A stretch of 64,000 nt of DNA from Lingula anatina. Lineage: Eukaryota > Animalia > Brachiopoda. The notes under the pieces are model-generated. The model was not told where the DNA came from, made no database searches, and saw only the letters and a list, made by a program, of their open reading frames with translations. The DNA lies in NCBI GenBank assembly GCA_051362555.1, contig CM120646.1, positions 19,282,001 to 19,346,000 on the forward strand. The letters are read 5' to 3'. Positions 26,401-54,738 of this stretch are shown here, in pieces. How positions within the stretch are numbered: the stretch's first letter is position 1; each line of letters begins with the position of its first letter. A program made the translations under genes and the position numbers.

Positions 26401-28175
26401 TTGATCGAGGGACTTCCTCCCAGAACCCAGGGAATTGATATTGTGTTATATTATTGATTTTCTGATAACTGAATCATGAATACTCTGATATAATGGTGCT
26501 ACCTGTATATAACTTACTGTAGTCAGTAGCCATGTAGTCATGGATGTAGGACGTAGTTATTTTGTAAAAGAAAAAATAATGCAGTATAGAAAATATTTTT
26601 TATTTTGTAAAGGTTTATGATAGCATTTCTTTTTATCTGGATTAACTAATAATATATAGTTGATGAAGTTTTGAGCTGCCAGATTTTAGAAATGATATGA
26701 TACACTTGATGTATATTTTATATATTTTAGCCTATTTTAGCTTTCAGATATTGGTTGTTTACTCTGTTCAGTATCTTATGTGTTCAGTGTCCTCCAGGGT
26801 TTTAAGTAGTGTTAAGTGCTTCCCAACAAAATGTTGAGATTTTTTTGAAAGGAATCTTACATTTGGGCAGTTCATTCCTGGATAAATGCTATGGATAACT
26901 GATTAATATAAAAACTTTCAACATTTTGCTGAGGCTGTTAAAATCTGGTCTTCCCTGTAAGCCAACAACAGTTCACAGTCTTCCATGATGTACAGTAATC
27001 CTATGAAAGGATCATATGAGTAAATATATATATTCAGTGTGTTAAATGTTCATGTGTGCATGAAGTTCCATCAGTTTAAGTACAGGGGGGTTAAAAATAC
27101 CCTTGTCATCTGGTGCAGAATTGCAGACGGACAATCAGTGAGACCTACAGGTGCAATAACATGTATAGTGTAGTGCTTCCATATTCAAAATGGCTTCCTT
27201 ATTCAATATGGCTCCCTGAGTAATGGAGCTTCCGCACTTGTGTACACTGTATGGTAGTATAGTAGTATTTGGAATTTTAACCTCAAGGTCTGTTGTAGAT
27301 AGCTAGAAATCAGTTACAGTCAAACCCAGGTAATCCTATTACAATTACCCTGTGCTTAAGTATGCTTCCCATGCTTGTGTTGTAGAATATGTATTGGAAA
27401 CCCCAGAGTCAACGATAAGATTTGTATTTGAATCTTGCCTCAGCAGAAACAGCACACATACTAGTATATATTCTATGAAAGCATGATACAAAGGCTTTTC
27501 CAGAGAATCATAACCATTCTGAGATTGCCACTCAAATGGTTATGATTCTCATGTGGCGTAGTTGTGTATGAAATGTTACAGGTGAATGTTGTCTTAGTAA
27601 TCAGATGTAGCAGTGGAAATGTATTTGGTGTTGTACGCCGGCATTGTTATCCATATAGTAAGGTTTAGATTGCACATGGGTTTTTATAACTTGCAGAGCA
27701 ATGATAGCACATTGTAGAAGTGAAGAAAGTTCATGTTATATGGTGCTTATTGGTGAACGGTATTGTAAATCTGATGTAATAGTGTAAGTGTGAATGTTAT
27801 TAACTACAGAAATGCATAGGGTTAATAGAATTCCTTTCAATTTCTGTATTTTTCCTAAATCACTAGTGTTTTTTCTTTATTGTATATTCAGCTTTTCGAA
27901 AGGTCTAATGGCCCGATTCCAAAATTATATGTTGCAAAAATAATTGTAATCATGTGCATTTTTATTATGAAGGTTTTAAGTCAGATGGTATAAATGTATG
28001 TATGTATGATTATAGCTCAAGCTTTTATGAATTAATGCATCTATAATTATTAGGATTTTATTAATCAGATGAGTAATTAACCAAATGTATGAATGATTTA
28101 ATGTCTGATGGAGTAAATTTAATGGGATGTAGGAGATGAAAATTTCTGAATAAATGTTTTGCATAACAAGTGGAT
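23458..28175 (+). promoter_or_regulatory. Long ZEB 3'UTR with many microRNA seed matches; probable polyA signal AATAAA at 28149-28154
   Basis: No convincing ORF, T/GT-rich, repeated 8mer seeds (CAGTATTA x3, GTGCCAAA x4). The 3' end is inferred from AATAAA only. Confidence 0.6.
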
Positions 28176-29857
28176 TGTCATGTTATGAGCTACAGTATGG
28201 AGTACTGCAAGAGTTGATTCATTTGGTCCTACATCTGATTAATTTATAATTACCAATCAAAGGATGGTTTGAAAGTCGTAACTAAAAACCAGAAAGCTAA
28301 ATACAGTCTTAGCAATTCTTTCATGTAAAGTACTCAAGTAAAATTATTTGATCTTGACCGACTTATTAAAATCTTTCTGAAAAGGAGACCAAGTCAAGGC
28401 AGGTCAAAATCTGATTGCTATCGTCACCAATAACCGTACAAAAGAGAATTCCAGTACCAACGTGACAGAAAAATCAGCAAATGTGAAGTTTTGTGAGATA
28501 GCTATTTATTTGATATGTTAAATATTGTAAATAATATACATCCATGGATGTTTGGGAGTGTGAGCAGTCTCAGGGGGGAAATATATGTACATGAATCAAT
28601 TCTATGATGGCAGACCATTTTATGATCACAATTCTATGTGTAATCTGGCAGATGTAATTAGATGTTACTCAACCCTACAGGAAAAACCTTAGCAAATTCC
28701 ACCCAATTTCTTCAATCTAATATATTATAACCCCATCTTTCATATGTTTGTGAAAACTGCACAATGAACTCTATATGAATCGGCTGTTACTGAGCAAAGT
28801 TGCAAAAGTTGAAACCCTCCATTTGGGAGCGTTTTTCAAACTGACTTAGAATAAAAAAGATTGCCACCAAATGTTCTCTTATTTTTCAACTATCAAAAAT
28901 TTCCCTATCCTTCCTGTATATTTTGTCAGTCACACCTCAAGGACAAATTCCTTACGACCTTTTTTATACCTTCTAAATATCGGGGTCACTAAACATATAA
29001 GACTGCCTTCCTTTGATTATTACAGAAATCATTTTCAGTCTTTGTTAACTTGACATGTTTTTACTTACACTATTCACAATATACATACTGTACAGAGTAA
29101 AAAGATTTAATAAATAGTATTACATGTATAATTGGGCTGATGAAAATGAAATACAACTATTCTTTATCAATGTGCAAAATTCAAGTGTGTATCCCAAACC
29201 TTTTCCATAAAAAAAAACATTTGATTTATAATTAAATATTTTAATGTAGCTATGATTGAAAACAATTAATAGAACTGTTTTCTCCACATGCCACCTCACT
29301 GTAACTATTATAATGTAAATCTGCCCCTTGAATGGATGAGCCCTTATTATTCTACATACAAATCATTTCATCAGCCAATAGCTGTTAATTTTATAACTAC
29401 ACAAGACTTGGACATACATTAACAGTACAACTGCTAGAACATTTAAACGCTACCAATATCTTCCAATATCTTAAGATTTAGACTATAACTGCCATATCCT
29501 GTACCATACAACTGGTAAACCTAAAGCCGTCAGTGGACTTTTGTACCCTAATGAACAGTCTTCCACAGGCACAGCCTCTGAGCAACTGAAGAAGTCCAAA
29601 GCGTTGAACTAAATCTCTCGCAGCCTTAAAAGCTTTCAAATTCTGTGCAGATATTGAAAAGTTCAAGCTATGATAATAATTTTATCATCTACACAGTGCA
29701 CATTTCGTCAAAATACATTTTTGTCCCATTTGAACCTACAGTTATTCCAAGGCATTTTAAGTTGTTCATTCATTTAGTCACTATTTATAACTCAGTGCAG
29801 GGAATTTCCCTCTACATAAAAATTTCTTCCAATTCCTATATAAGTAAGTTGTTGAAT

Positions 29858-29894
<37 letters not shown>

Positions 29895-30391
29895 AGTCAA
29901 GAGGGGAGGGGTGTCTGTATCAGCTAAGTGTCCCTTCAGTCATTCCAATGAACAATAGCTTTTTAGTTAAATCCCCACCCCCCACCTCCAATTTTACCCA
30001 GTATTTTAACTTTTTTTTAATAGTGTTACTCAACTTTTTACAGCCTAATACATATTAACAGTAAAATAATATTTTTATTAGGTTCATAGGTTTAATGCTG
30101 GCAAAAAAAAGTTTTAATAAAGCTCATATCAACAGGTCAGTCAGGTGATCAATCCATGTGATTCAAAGAAGGTATCACACTTAAGATACATGTTTAACCT
30201 ATTTAGAAAGTATTTACTCTTCACCATAATTATATATCTAACTGCAAAGAAAAATGCATGTGCATAACTTCAGGCCAATGTGTGCTGCTTTTAGGTGGAA
30301 GCCATTGAATAGCAAGCTGCTCAATTCAATAATATATTGTACAGGACAGGCTGATGCAACTGTCCATAAATACTATGATTTCACTCGTCAA

Positions 30392-30394
30392 AAA

Positions 30395-30429
<35 letters not shown>
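30392..30429. repeat. (AAAT)n microsatellite in ABI 3'UTR
   Basis: Directly visible. Confidence 0.9.
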
Positions 30430-30430
<1 letters not shown>

Positions 30431-31190
30431 CAGTGTATGGAACTTCACAGATATAAATATGCACCTCAACATACTTCCTATCAGTGGGTTACGCAGTTAC
30501 ACTTGACCCATACCTCGAAGTAAGCCCTTCCCTAACCCCTATTCCATTACCATAACTTGTGTTTAATGTCACCAATTAGAAAACTGCAACCTGTTAATAC
30601 TTCAAGTGATCCCAATGTGCCTCTGCACAAAACCACTGTACATTATTAACTTTTACAGAAAAATATACTGACAAAAGAAGTCAATTTTCTTACGCCGAGT
30701 TATATGTTAGTGTCAGTATTAGATTGTTGTTACTGTTATGATCAGGGGAATGAAAGTATTATCAACAGCTATAATCAACTCTTGGTCGGTTGTTACATAG
30801 TATGTCAAGGTACTGCTGACGCCAATCATTTCCATCAGTATTCCACAGCAGCACATCTGTCGCATCTTTGTGCAGCACTGTTTCTGGCGTTGTTGTCCTT
30901 GTGATATTGTTGTTTTGGCTGTCGTAAGCACCAACAATGGACTTCTCCCATCACTACAGAAGCTCAGCAGACCGATACCCCTCTGTTCTTCGCACATAAA
31001 CTTCCCACTGCCTTCTCACCTCCATCTCACCAGCTGACAGTCTGCTAAAGACAGCACTGTTACTGCATATGTTACTGTTATAATGCTGTTATTGTTAATA
31101 TAGTATGTCATATGCCCTTCCAACAGTCAGCTCTATTTACCCAAACATCACAGTAGCAGTGTGTGTTTATGTGAAGTGTGAAGCCACCCA

Positions 31191-46622
<15,432 letters not shown>

Positions 46623-48168
46623 ATGGCCGACGACAGCGACAGTGGATGGCTGTGGTATTCCGAAACATCTCAGGTAATTCTGGGATTTGTGGCTGTTAAT
46701 ATTAAAATGCTGTTTAAGAATAATCTTCATGTATCCTTTAAATATCGTTCAAACGCCTGATTTGCCATTATAGACAGAAATCACTCTCATGACACTTTTG
46801 TCCTTGGGGAATTTTACGTACACTAATGAAATACGTGACCTAGAAGTTCATTAAAAGTAGACTACGTAATAATCCAAAGTACAACTTATGTTGGTAGTTA
46901 AAGAAATAAGTATTGAGATTAACATACATCTGATGGAAGCTTTAGATTAGAATAAAAATCATTTAGTTGTTTCATTGGATTATATTTTTCTGTTATTATT
47001 TTAATAAAGTAAAAAATTATATCATATGTACTAAAATAATTATTTTTAGACATAAATGCGAAAAATCAACTTATTTATTTACATCTGAAACAAAAGCTAA
47101 AATATATAACATACACAGGGGTGCCTTCCTTAAGGCCAGTACCACTTGTTGACTTTTCTGAAAGCATCAAACTCTAGAGTGTGGTGGGCTGGGCTCAAAA
47201 ACTGGAAGCCTAGATCTTGAAAAATGGGCATTTGTATTGTGATATTGTTTCAAATATTGTATACAATAAGTGATTTTGTTATCTCCATTAAAGTCGATTC
47301 CATTTCTTTGCTTTACAAGGGTCTGTCATCAAAATGTTTAATGCATGAATTATCACGGCATTTACTTTGTGTACATGTAAATATAAACAATTGTTTAAAG
47401 CATATATACTTTTGCTTCTTTTAGAATTCGATTGGAGAAGTGACATACACCAATGCCATTTTAGACCAAGGTAAGAAGAAAAACACCAACTCTCTCCACA
47501 TTGATTTTTAGTGAAATGTATTAAGAAAATCTGCTGGTATTTGATCATTATATGCACAAAGCTCATGTAAGCATACAAAATACAAAATGTTTGCAAAATT
47601 AGCTACTGCAGGAATATTTGTATGTGGCAAAACATAAACATAAATGAAAAAGCTTTTGCAAGGTTAGAAATGTTATCATCATGCTCTGAAGAGTCAATTC
47701 AGTTCACATCACTTTATCACATCACTGACATCACTTTAGCATAAAGAAGTTCATTGCACAACTTTTATATTTTCCACCTGGTGGTACATACTCAGGAGGG
47801 AGTAACACCTCTCTGACACTCTGGTATCACCTTGTTACTTTATTTACTTTCCAGCAGTAGCTCATACCAGCATGGCTGAGGCAGATCTGAAGGCAGATAC
47901 ACAGAGCCCTACAGCCAACCAGAGGTTTTCTTACTCACGTTCCAGTAGTATAGGCTCCCTGCCTGGCATCAGTCATTCTTCAGCCTCCTCTGCACACAAC
48001 ACAGGTAGGGAGATTGCTTTAAAAGAGTTGGTGTATACCTTCAAAATGGTATTTACTAAAAGTTGGCTGTTACACTAACTATAAACTAAATATTTCTATC
48101 ATTCTAAAAGTGATTGAAATACTCTTTTAAGAAATGTGTCAAAATTGTAATTAAAAAAAAAATGTATA

Positions 48169-48201
<33 letters not shown>

Positions 48202-50517
48202 TGAGTTACAGAATTACTTAAAAATTGACATAACCCTGTGAGTAAAAGACACTGAGGACACCACTGTTCAAAGCCTTGGCTCTTTTAATTGTTTTTCATA
48301 TGCTCTTTCACATAAGAATTGAGAGTCTGGTATATTGCTGTGCTATTTACTCAGTCATTATTTTTAAAGTGATGAACATATAATTATTGATACATAAATG
48401 TTTTGTTCAGATGATGAGGACAGTGATACACAGAGTACCAGTAGTAAAACGGCCAGTAACTACAAGGACAGGAGAAGAGAAGCCCACACACAGGCGGAAC
48501 AGAAGAGGAGAGATGCCATTAAGGTGACAGTGAATAGCACTCAGTGGGCATAAATTGTATGCCTCTTTTAGTGAAAAAAAGGTTCAACAACACTAAGGGA
48601 TAAATTGCTTAATGGAAATGTCATTTCATCAACATTAAGTTGTTTTTCCAATACTCATATGTATATGTATTTTTGAGATCATGACATTATGAAGAATATA
48701 TTGATATAAATAAGGTAATGATCCAGTGGTATTTAAGCATCTTCATTGTGTGGTGATGCATTTTAGACATTTATTTTCACTCCAGTCACTTTGTGACCTT
48801 CACTTAGAATGTGTTGTTTCTTCCACAGAAAGGCTATGATGAACTGCAGACCATCGTCCCCACATGTCACAATGCAGTGGATGCTGTGGGTACACAAAAA
48901 CTGAGTAAAGCAGCCGTACTTCAGCGATGTAAGTTTCTGCATTTTTTTTTTTTTTTTTCAAATAAATTCCTAAGGTCTATTGTAATTGCACTATTTACTA
49001 GCAAGCCTAAAAACCATAATTTATAACTCAAAAATGGGTTTTTGGATGGTTTGTGAACATTGCAGAAATGGTTAACCCTGTATACTTTGTTTATGAAAGA
49101 AAAGTCTTGACATATCTAGACGAAATGAATTTTTGCATTGAAAATCTATCACTAATTGGGAGCCTAAAAGATTAATAAATACATAAAGTGGCATTTTAAC
49201 AATGAATGAACTTCACTTTCTTCCAGCAATTGACTACATCCAGTATTTGGTGCAACAGAAAAAGAAGCAGGAAGAGGACTTGGAGTCTTTGAGAAAAGAA
49301 GTCTTGGCCCTCAAGATCATGAAAGCGTAAGAATCATAGCTAATTTTTCTCTGTTTAAGCCTTCCATTAGTCTCATTTGTACCTCTGAGTCATTTTGTAA
49401 GCATTTTGTAAGTCAATTTTATCCGAAAAGGTGACTTTTATATTATTCATTTGATATTTGTTGAACTATTATACACATTATCATATTCATTATTATACAG
49501 CCATTCATTTTGTGTGAGGTCACCTCTTGGCTATGTTCAACCCTAAGCTGGGGTATTTGACCGTTATGAAAGATTGTCAAGTCCTTTCATAAAATTTTAC
49601 CTCCTGCTTTCAGACCAATATTGGCTAGTTAGGAGGTCAGTACAGTATAATATTGACTGCACATGACTGCCTATCAACCAATTGATGAACATCAAAATAT
49701 GTGATCATGTAGCTAGTTGTTTTAGTGACTTGGTGTAGAAAACCAGCGATATGAATGGAATGTTTTATATTCCAGCAATTATGAACATATAGTGAAAGCT
49801 CACCAGAGCACTCCACAGCATGGCCAGAACCAGGTGCCAGATGAAGTCAAATTTCAAGTGGTGAGTGTAATGGGATTCATTTTATAATACTTTGTTACTT
49901 GTACAAATATATGTCGTCTCTTGAGCTGTTTTAACTGCTGTATGGGAAGTGAACAGCTGTTTACACCCTACTCACCCAACTGGGTTGTTAACAGAAAAAT
50001 CTGTTTTCTGTTTATGAGGACAACACTAGACAAGGTTTAATTTTCAGTCAAAAACAAGTGTGTGTGTGTGTGTGTGTGTGTCATTCACATGCCAGTCTTC
50101 CTGAAATGAGTGCTGTGGAAAGGTTAACAGTGAATTTGCTTTCCTCTCTTTTTCCAGTTCCAACAAATGATGGATGCCTTGTTTCAATCCTTCAATGCCT
50201 CAATCTCAGTTGCCAACTTTGCAGAACTCTCTGGCTGTATTTTCAGTTGGCTGGAGGAGTACTGCAAACCACAGGTAAAATTAAATTTATAAAGAACACG
50301 ATGGTTTTGATTTTAAAAAAAAGTCAATAGATTACAAAATGTAAGGACAAATTCAAGGTAAAATATTGTACTTTATACCTAACGTCTGCATTTATTTTTT
50401 CCTGTGATGAAACATTTTAAGTTGCTATTTAAGATCTTTTCTATATTTCACACATAGAGCCTGAGGGAGTTGGTGCTTGCTGTTCTCAGACAGACCACAT
50501 CCCAGATGAACCTTTGA
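46623..50517 (+). CDS. MLX: Max-like protein X (MLX), bHLH-ZIP, 273 aa; exons 46623-46673, 47425-47470, 47855-48004, 48411-48523, 48829-48928, 49227-49326, 49776-49860, 50158-50274, 50458-50517
   Basis: SRSSSIGS...NTDDEDSD; basic region YKDRRREAHTQAEQKRRDAIKKGYDELQTIVPTC; KLSKAAVLQRSIDYIQYL; zipper LRKEVLALKIMKANYEHIVKAH; DCD region FSWLEEYCKPQSLRE. All phases are consistent. The first two small exons are less certain. Confidence 0.93.
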
Positions 50518-51701
50518 TACAAACCAGATACCAGTACAGATAGACTTCCAGCTCAGAAAGACAATAACTGGGTCATATTCCAACCAGGGCCTTATTTCAA
50601 AAATATTTCAGCTTGAAAGTAGGCCTTGGCTAGACCTACTTAATTCATAAACCAGTTTGCATTTCACAAAGAAAAAATATACCTCTTCCTATTTGAGAAC
50701 CCCTCTTTGAAATCATGTGGCCCATGGCATGAATACTCTTGACATGCACTCTTTGGTAGCAGGTCTTAGAAACCCACATGAATATCATGCTTATATCATA
50801 AATAACAGCATCTGGCACTGTTAGCATACACTCTCATGTGTACATGTATATAATATTTGTTGACTTCGTAAAAATTTGGATGCCCACAATTAAGGTTATA
50901 TTTATTGGCTAATCTTACCCAGTGAGCACTAGACCTTAATTTAGCACCAAAAAAGATTTCTTGAAAATTCGAGCTCAAAGGCTTGGCTTAGAATTGCGCA
51001 TGTAATGGAAAAAAATTAAAACTAAGGGCTTAAAATAAGGGTTTGATATCATAATTTTGACATTGGTTTCATAATGGGAGTTGCTAAATTCCAAATTTGT
51101 TTTCCTATGAAATGGTTCGCTGTGAATTTAACTTAAGCATGGCAGTGGAAAGAAATGAGTATTGAATCGATAAAGACGTTTTTGATTTTGTACTGCCGGT
51201 GACACATTTATAAATATCACTTATGTTGTAGCACTTATTCCAGAAAAATTGGCAGTGAATCACGATAAGGACGTTGCTGAGAATTATGCTTGCTGATTAT
51301 TGTATATATACACGTTGTATGGGGTGGTGAGCTTTGTCACTTTTTATAGGAAATTGTAAATATTGTCACTGTCATTAATATTATATCATATATAAGGAAT
51401 TGACGGAGAAATAAAAAGAGAAAATATAAAGGAGTTTTCTTGATTGTTCGCCAGGAGCGAATTAAGTAGACACAAAACAAAAGGAAGATCGACATCTAGC
51501 TGAATACCAGGACCCATGGCAGTAACGCGCCCAAGCTGAATATATAGCCAACGCACCGTACCTGTCTGTACCAGGCACGATTTCGTAGTTTTTCAACAGT
51601 AAGCACAACCGAAGTCCGGGCTCCCATGTGGTTAGTACAGGTTAGGGTTAGTTTGAGTATTGGAGTTAGAATGTGGGACAATTTTCACGTGTATAAAGTA
51701 A

Positions 51702-51939
51702 AGCCTAGGTCCCAACCGAACGTACGGGCTGTTACGTGTGGTCTACGGCCAAAAAAATGGGGAAAACGTGGGAGTTCGTGCGTGAGGAGCACGTCCATCG
51801 TGCGACTTTTGGAGGACGCAAACAGCACGTAGAAACTTTTTACCAGTTACTTGGTTCCTTCCCTGCGATCTAGCTACGTCCTAGCCGGACGCAAGGAACC
51901 TAAAAACCGTGCGTCCAAAACGTACTTGGGACCTAGACT
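51702..51939. mobile_element. PIF/Harbinger-type MITE
   Basis: TIRs AGCCTAGGTCCCAA and TTGGGACCTAGACT, flanked by TAA on both sides (3-bp target duplication); CpG-rich interior. Confidence 0.7.
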
Positions 51940-52882
51940 TAATGGGAAACTGACTACAGTTCCTACGAACTACCTGTCACACCGGCGTACTCCTCTTCGT
52001 TGGTCGTTGGAACCATAAAATATTTCCTTTGTTTTGCAGTTATATATACATGTGTTTCTGGGCCCCGTAACTCGAAAGCATCCCGCATTGCGACCGAGCG
52101 CAAGTGTCTGGATTCCATAACTCGCCCATCGGCGTCCCATATAATACATTGTAGCCTCTATACGCTATTCGCAACAGGTGATGCTTTCCAGTTACGGGGC
52201 CCTGAAACATGAAACGATGGAGTTCACACCTCCGTTTGCGCCCCACCCTGCACGTGTGCCTCTGAATTTCCCAGTTTAACTTTTTCCACCTCCCTACCCA
52301 GTTTTTTAGTGGTATTTATGTATTTGATGGTATTTATTTATTTAGTTTTTTCGATATATTTAATCAATAACACTGGCGGATCCAGCATTTTGGACAAACA
52401 TTACATTGTAGACGAAATTTTAAGATAAAAATTGGTGGAAAAGTCTTAAGAAAACGTAATCAAGTCGTGTGGGTCTGAATTTCTATTTTATCACTATTTA
52501 TTTATTATTTTTTTTTTTCGTAAGACGGCATTTAACAAGGCAAGGTTTTTTTTTTATACCTGGCGGAATAGTGGAGATTTACAAGAAACTGGGACCTGCG
52601 CTTTAAAACCTCGTCTCGACACGCAAGATCCAGTATCATCCTTAACAAAACTACATTAAAGACACGTGGTAAAAAAGGAAAGAAAACGTAACAACGTTCA
52701 GTGGGTCTTAATTTCTTTATTTTCATTACTATCAAACCTTTGGAAGTCCTCCAATAACAACGAGCTTGATTGGGAATATAACTGGATATTAACAAAAATG
52801 AAGGAAAGCTGAAAATCCGTACAGAATATAAATTCTAAGAATTCAACTTCCTACAAGCAATAACAAGTTGAAAAGGGATTTT

Positions 52883-54171
52883 CTACTTTTTGCCCATGGG
52901 GACTTGCGTAGGAGCCGTTTCGCTACGGGTCTCGCGTAGAGTGAAAGATCTGAATGTGAAGGTATCCTGAAATTGGTCAAATGTGTAGATCCATTGCCAG
53001 ATACACACGGTGCCGCCATCTTGGTCAATTTTGATTGTTCTCTCTATGGTAGATTCTGTGTGCCATTGTTCCTGGTATGTGGACGAGAACGAACCGCTGT
53101 ACTTGGTGCTGGATTGAATGATTAGGAAGGCAACTGAGAATGAGACTTCCCAAGCGTGTGTCGTGGTCGAGGAAGAGGATTTGCTGGTGCCGACTTTCAC
53201 CGAATACTTGAGCTCACCTTTGTGTACGTCCGCCCAGCAGGTGACCTTTTTCCAGGATCCGGACATATTAGGCTTTGGGATGACCGTGACCTTGGCGTTA
53301 TGGTTATTTTTCTGCACAAAATCAAACTTATTGTTGTAATTTGTACCTTTGTGTATGATCAGGTCCGACTGCCAGTTCGGTTTTTCGCTGTTGAAGGGAT
53401 ACGGATGGACATAACTTCCCCCAGCATGTCTGATGTAGCCGTTCTCCTCGTCGATTGTGAACATCGCAGAGGAATAGCAGTTTTTATGCGGGAAAATGGC
53501 AGTGTTATCGCCAGGCTTGGCCCAACTACCCCAAGGACCCAGACAATGGCCTTTCGTACCAACCACTTTTAGATAGCCATAGTGCCCTTCCACTTGCTCC
53601 CATACCAGTTCATCTGCTTTGTCGCACTTGTCTGCTCGGAATTTCTCATAGTGATGACCAAGTCTCCACCAATTTACGTAGTCATAGCACCGCCCACTAG
53701 ACCTATGTTTTAGGATGAACCTCGGACTGGTGTAGGCATCTGTAACCAAAAGAATAGTTTTAAGAATAGCCGATTAACCATTTAGCTGTCAATTCACCAA
53801 ATAGTCAAGTTATACATCCATTTTAAACCAAATGCCCTGTCGAACAAACGTTCAAGGAACTATGAAAAATTCATATGCTAGTTCTGTTCTGCATCTTATC
53901 TCAATAAAAATCACGTTGACAGGTCCCTAACCAGAATTAAAAAGCAGTCCAAGAGCGTTTACTTGCAAAATACGGACTTAGCTGTGACGGGACCCCTTCA
54001 AGCATACTACCGTTTCAGCCTGCAATTTAACGATGCGTTTTTATAGCTTTCAGTGAAAAAAACCCTTGGTACTGCTTTTCAGTTATATACTACCAGCAGT
54101 ATTTAGCGGAACTTGCCTGTTGCAGCCAACAGCGCCAAAGACAGTAGCATAAGAGTGAGGAACAAGCGCAT
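52883..54171 (-). CDS. Secreted mytilectin-like beta-trefoil lectin with C-terminal aerolysin-like pore-forming domain, 303 aa; exons 54171-54117 (GC donor) and 53739-52883
   Basis: Signal peptide MRLFLTLMLLSLALLAATDA. The lectin part resembles MytiLec/CGL as I recall them (FILKHRSSG, YGYLK, AMFTIDEENGYIRHAGGSYVHPY, LIIH, KFDFV). The tail is Ser/Thr-rich with an alternating amphipathic segment (GTSKSSSSTTTHAWEVSFSVAF...STKYSGSFSSTYQEQW) and a VCIWQW motif. Confidence 0.8.
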
Positions 54172-54738
54172 CTTCTCGCAGTGACGAAAGTGGGTCGTAA
54201 CGGATCCGGATCGAACGTCTCCCGAAAAGACAGATGGACAAAATGAGTATGAAAGCAGGGGTATTTATGCTTACTCGCACCGGAGATTTGCACGTGGTTT
54301 ACCATATAAGGCAATGGTCAAGTGGGTGTCATAAATCGAATCATGTGACAGATCCCCATTGGTTAGTCTAAGCTACTACTGATCTCTTTTGGAAGGACAG
54401 GTAATATTCTTTTTCGGAAACCACCCGGCGGAGTTCAATTTGTATTGAGTAATAGCCAACGCCCCAACAGAAGAACAGGCACTGAAACTTCTTGAGTAAG
54501 AGTCACACATATTAGCTGGTTTATGCATTAGTCACGTGTCCCACTTTTGGGCGTGTCTGTGACTACTGCCTATTACTTAATTTGCCGTTCGTCTTCCATA
54601 TTCAGTGAATGGAATCGCAGTCTGCTGATTGGAAAACTAGAAAATCACTCAGAAAACGCAAGACCTCCGCCAAGGCAGCTCAAATCTAATTATTTTCTCT
54701 ATCCGTAATTAAATTATCTGTAATATCCACAGTAACTA

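Noticed and set aside
52883-53749. Recent horizontal transfer of the lectin-toxin from bacteria
   Set aside because: It has a spliceosomal intron and resembles an animal lectin family; the CpG-rich composition matches its flanks.
54083-54314. ORF-track ORFs upstream of the lectin gene
   Set aside because: They use non-ATG starts in other frames; the signal-peptide exon is 54171-54117 in the third frame.
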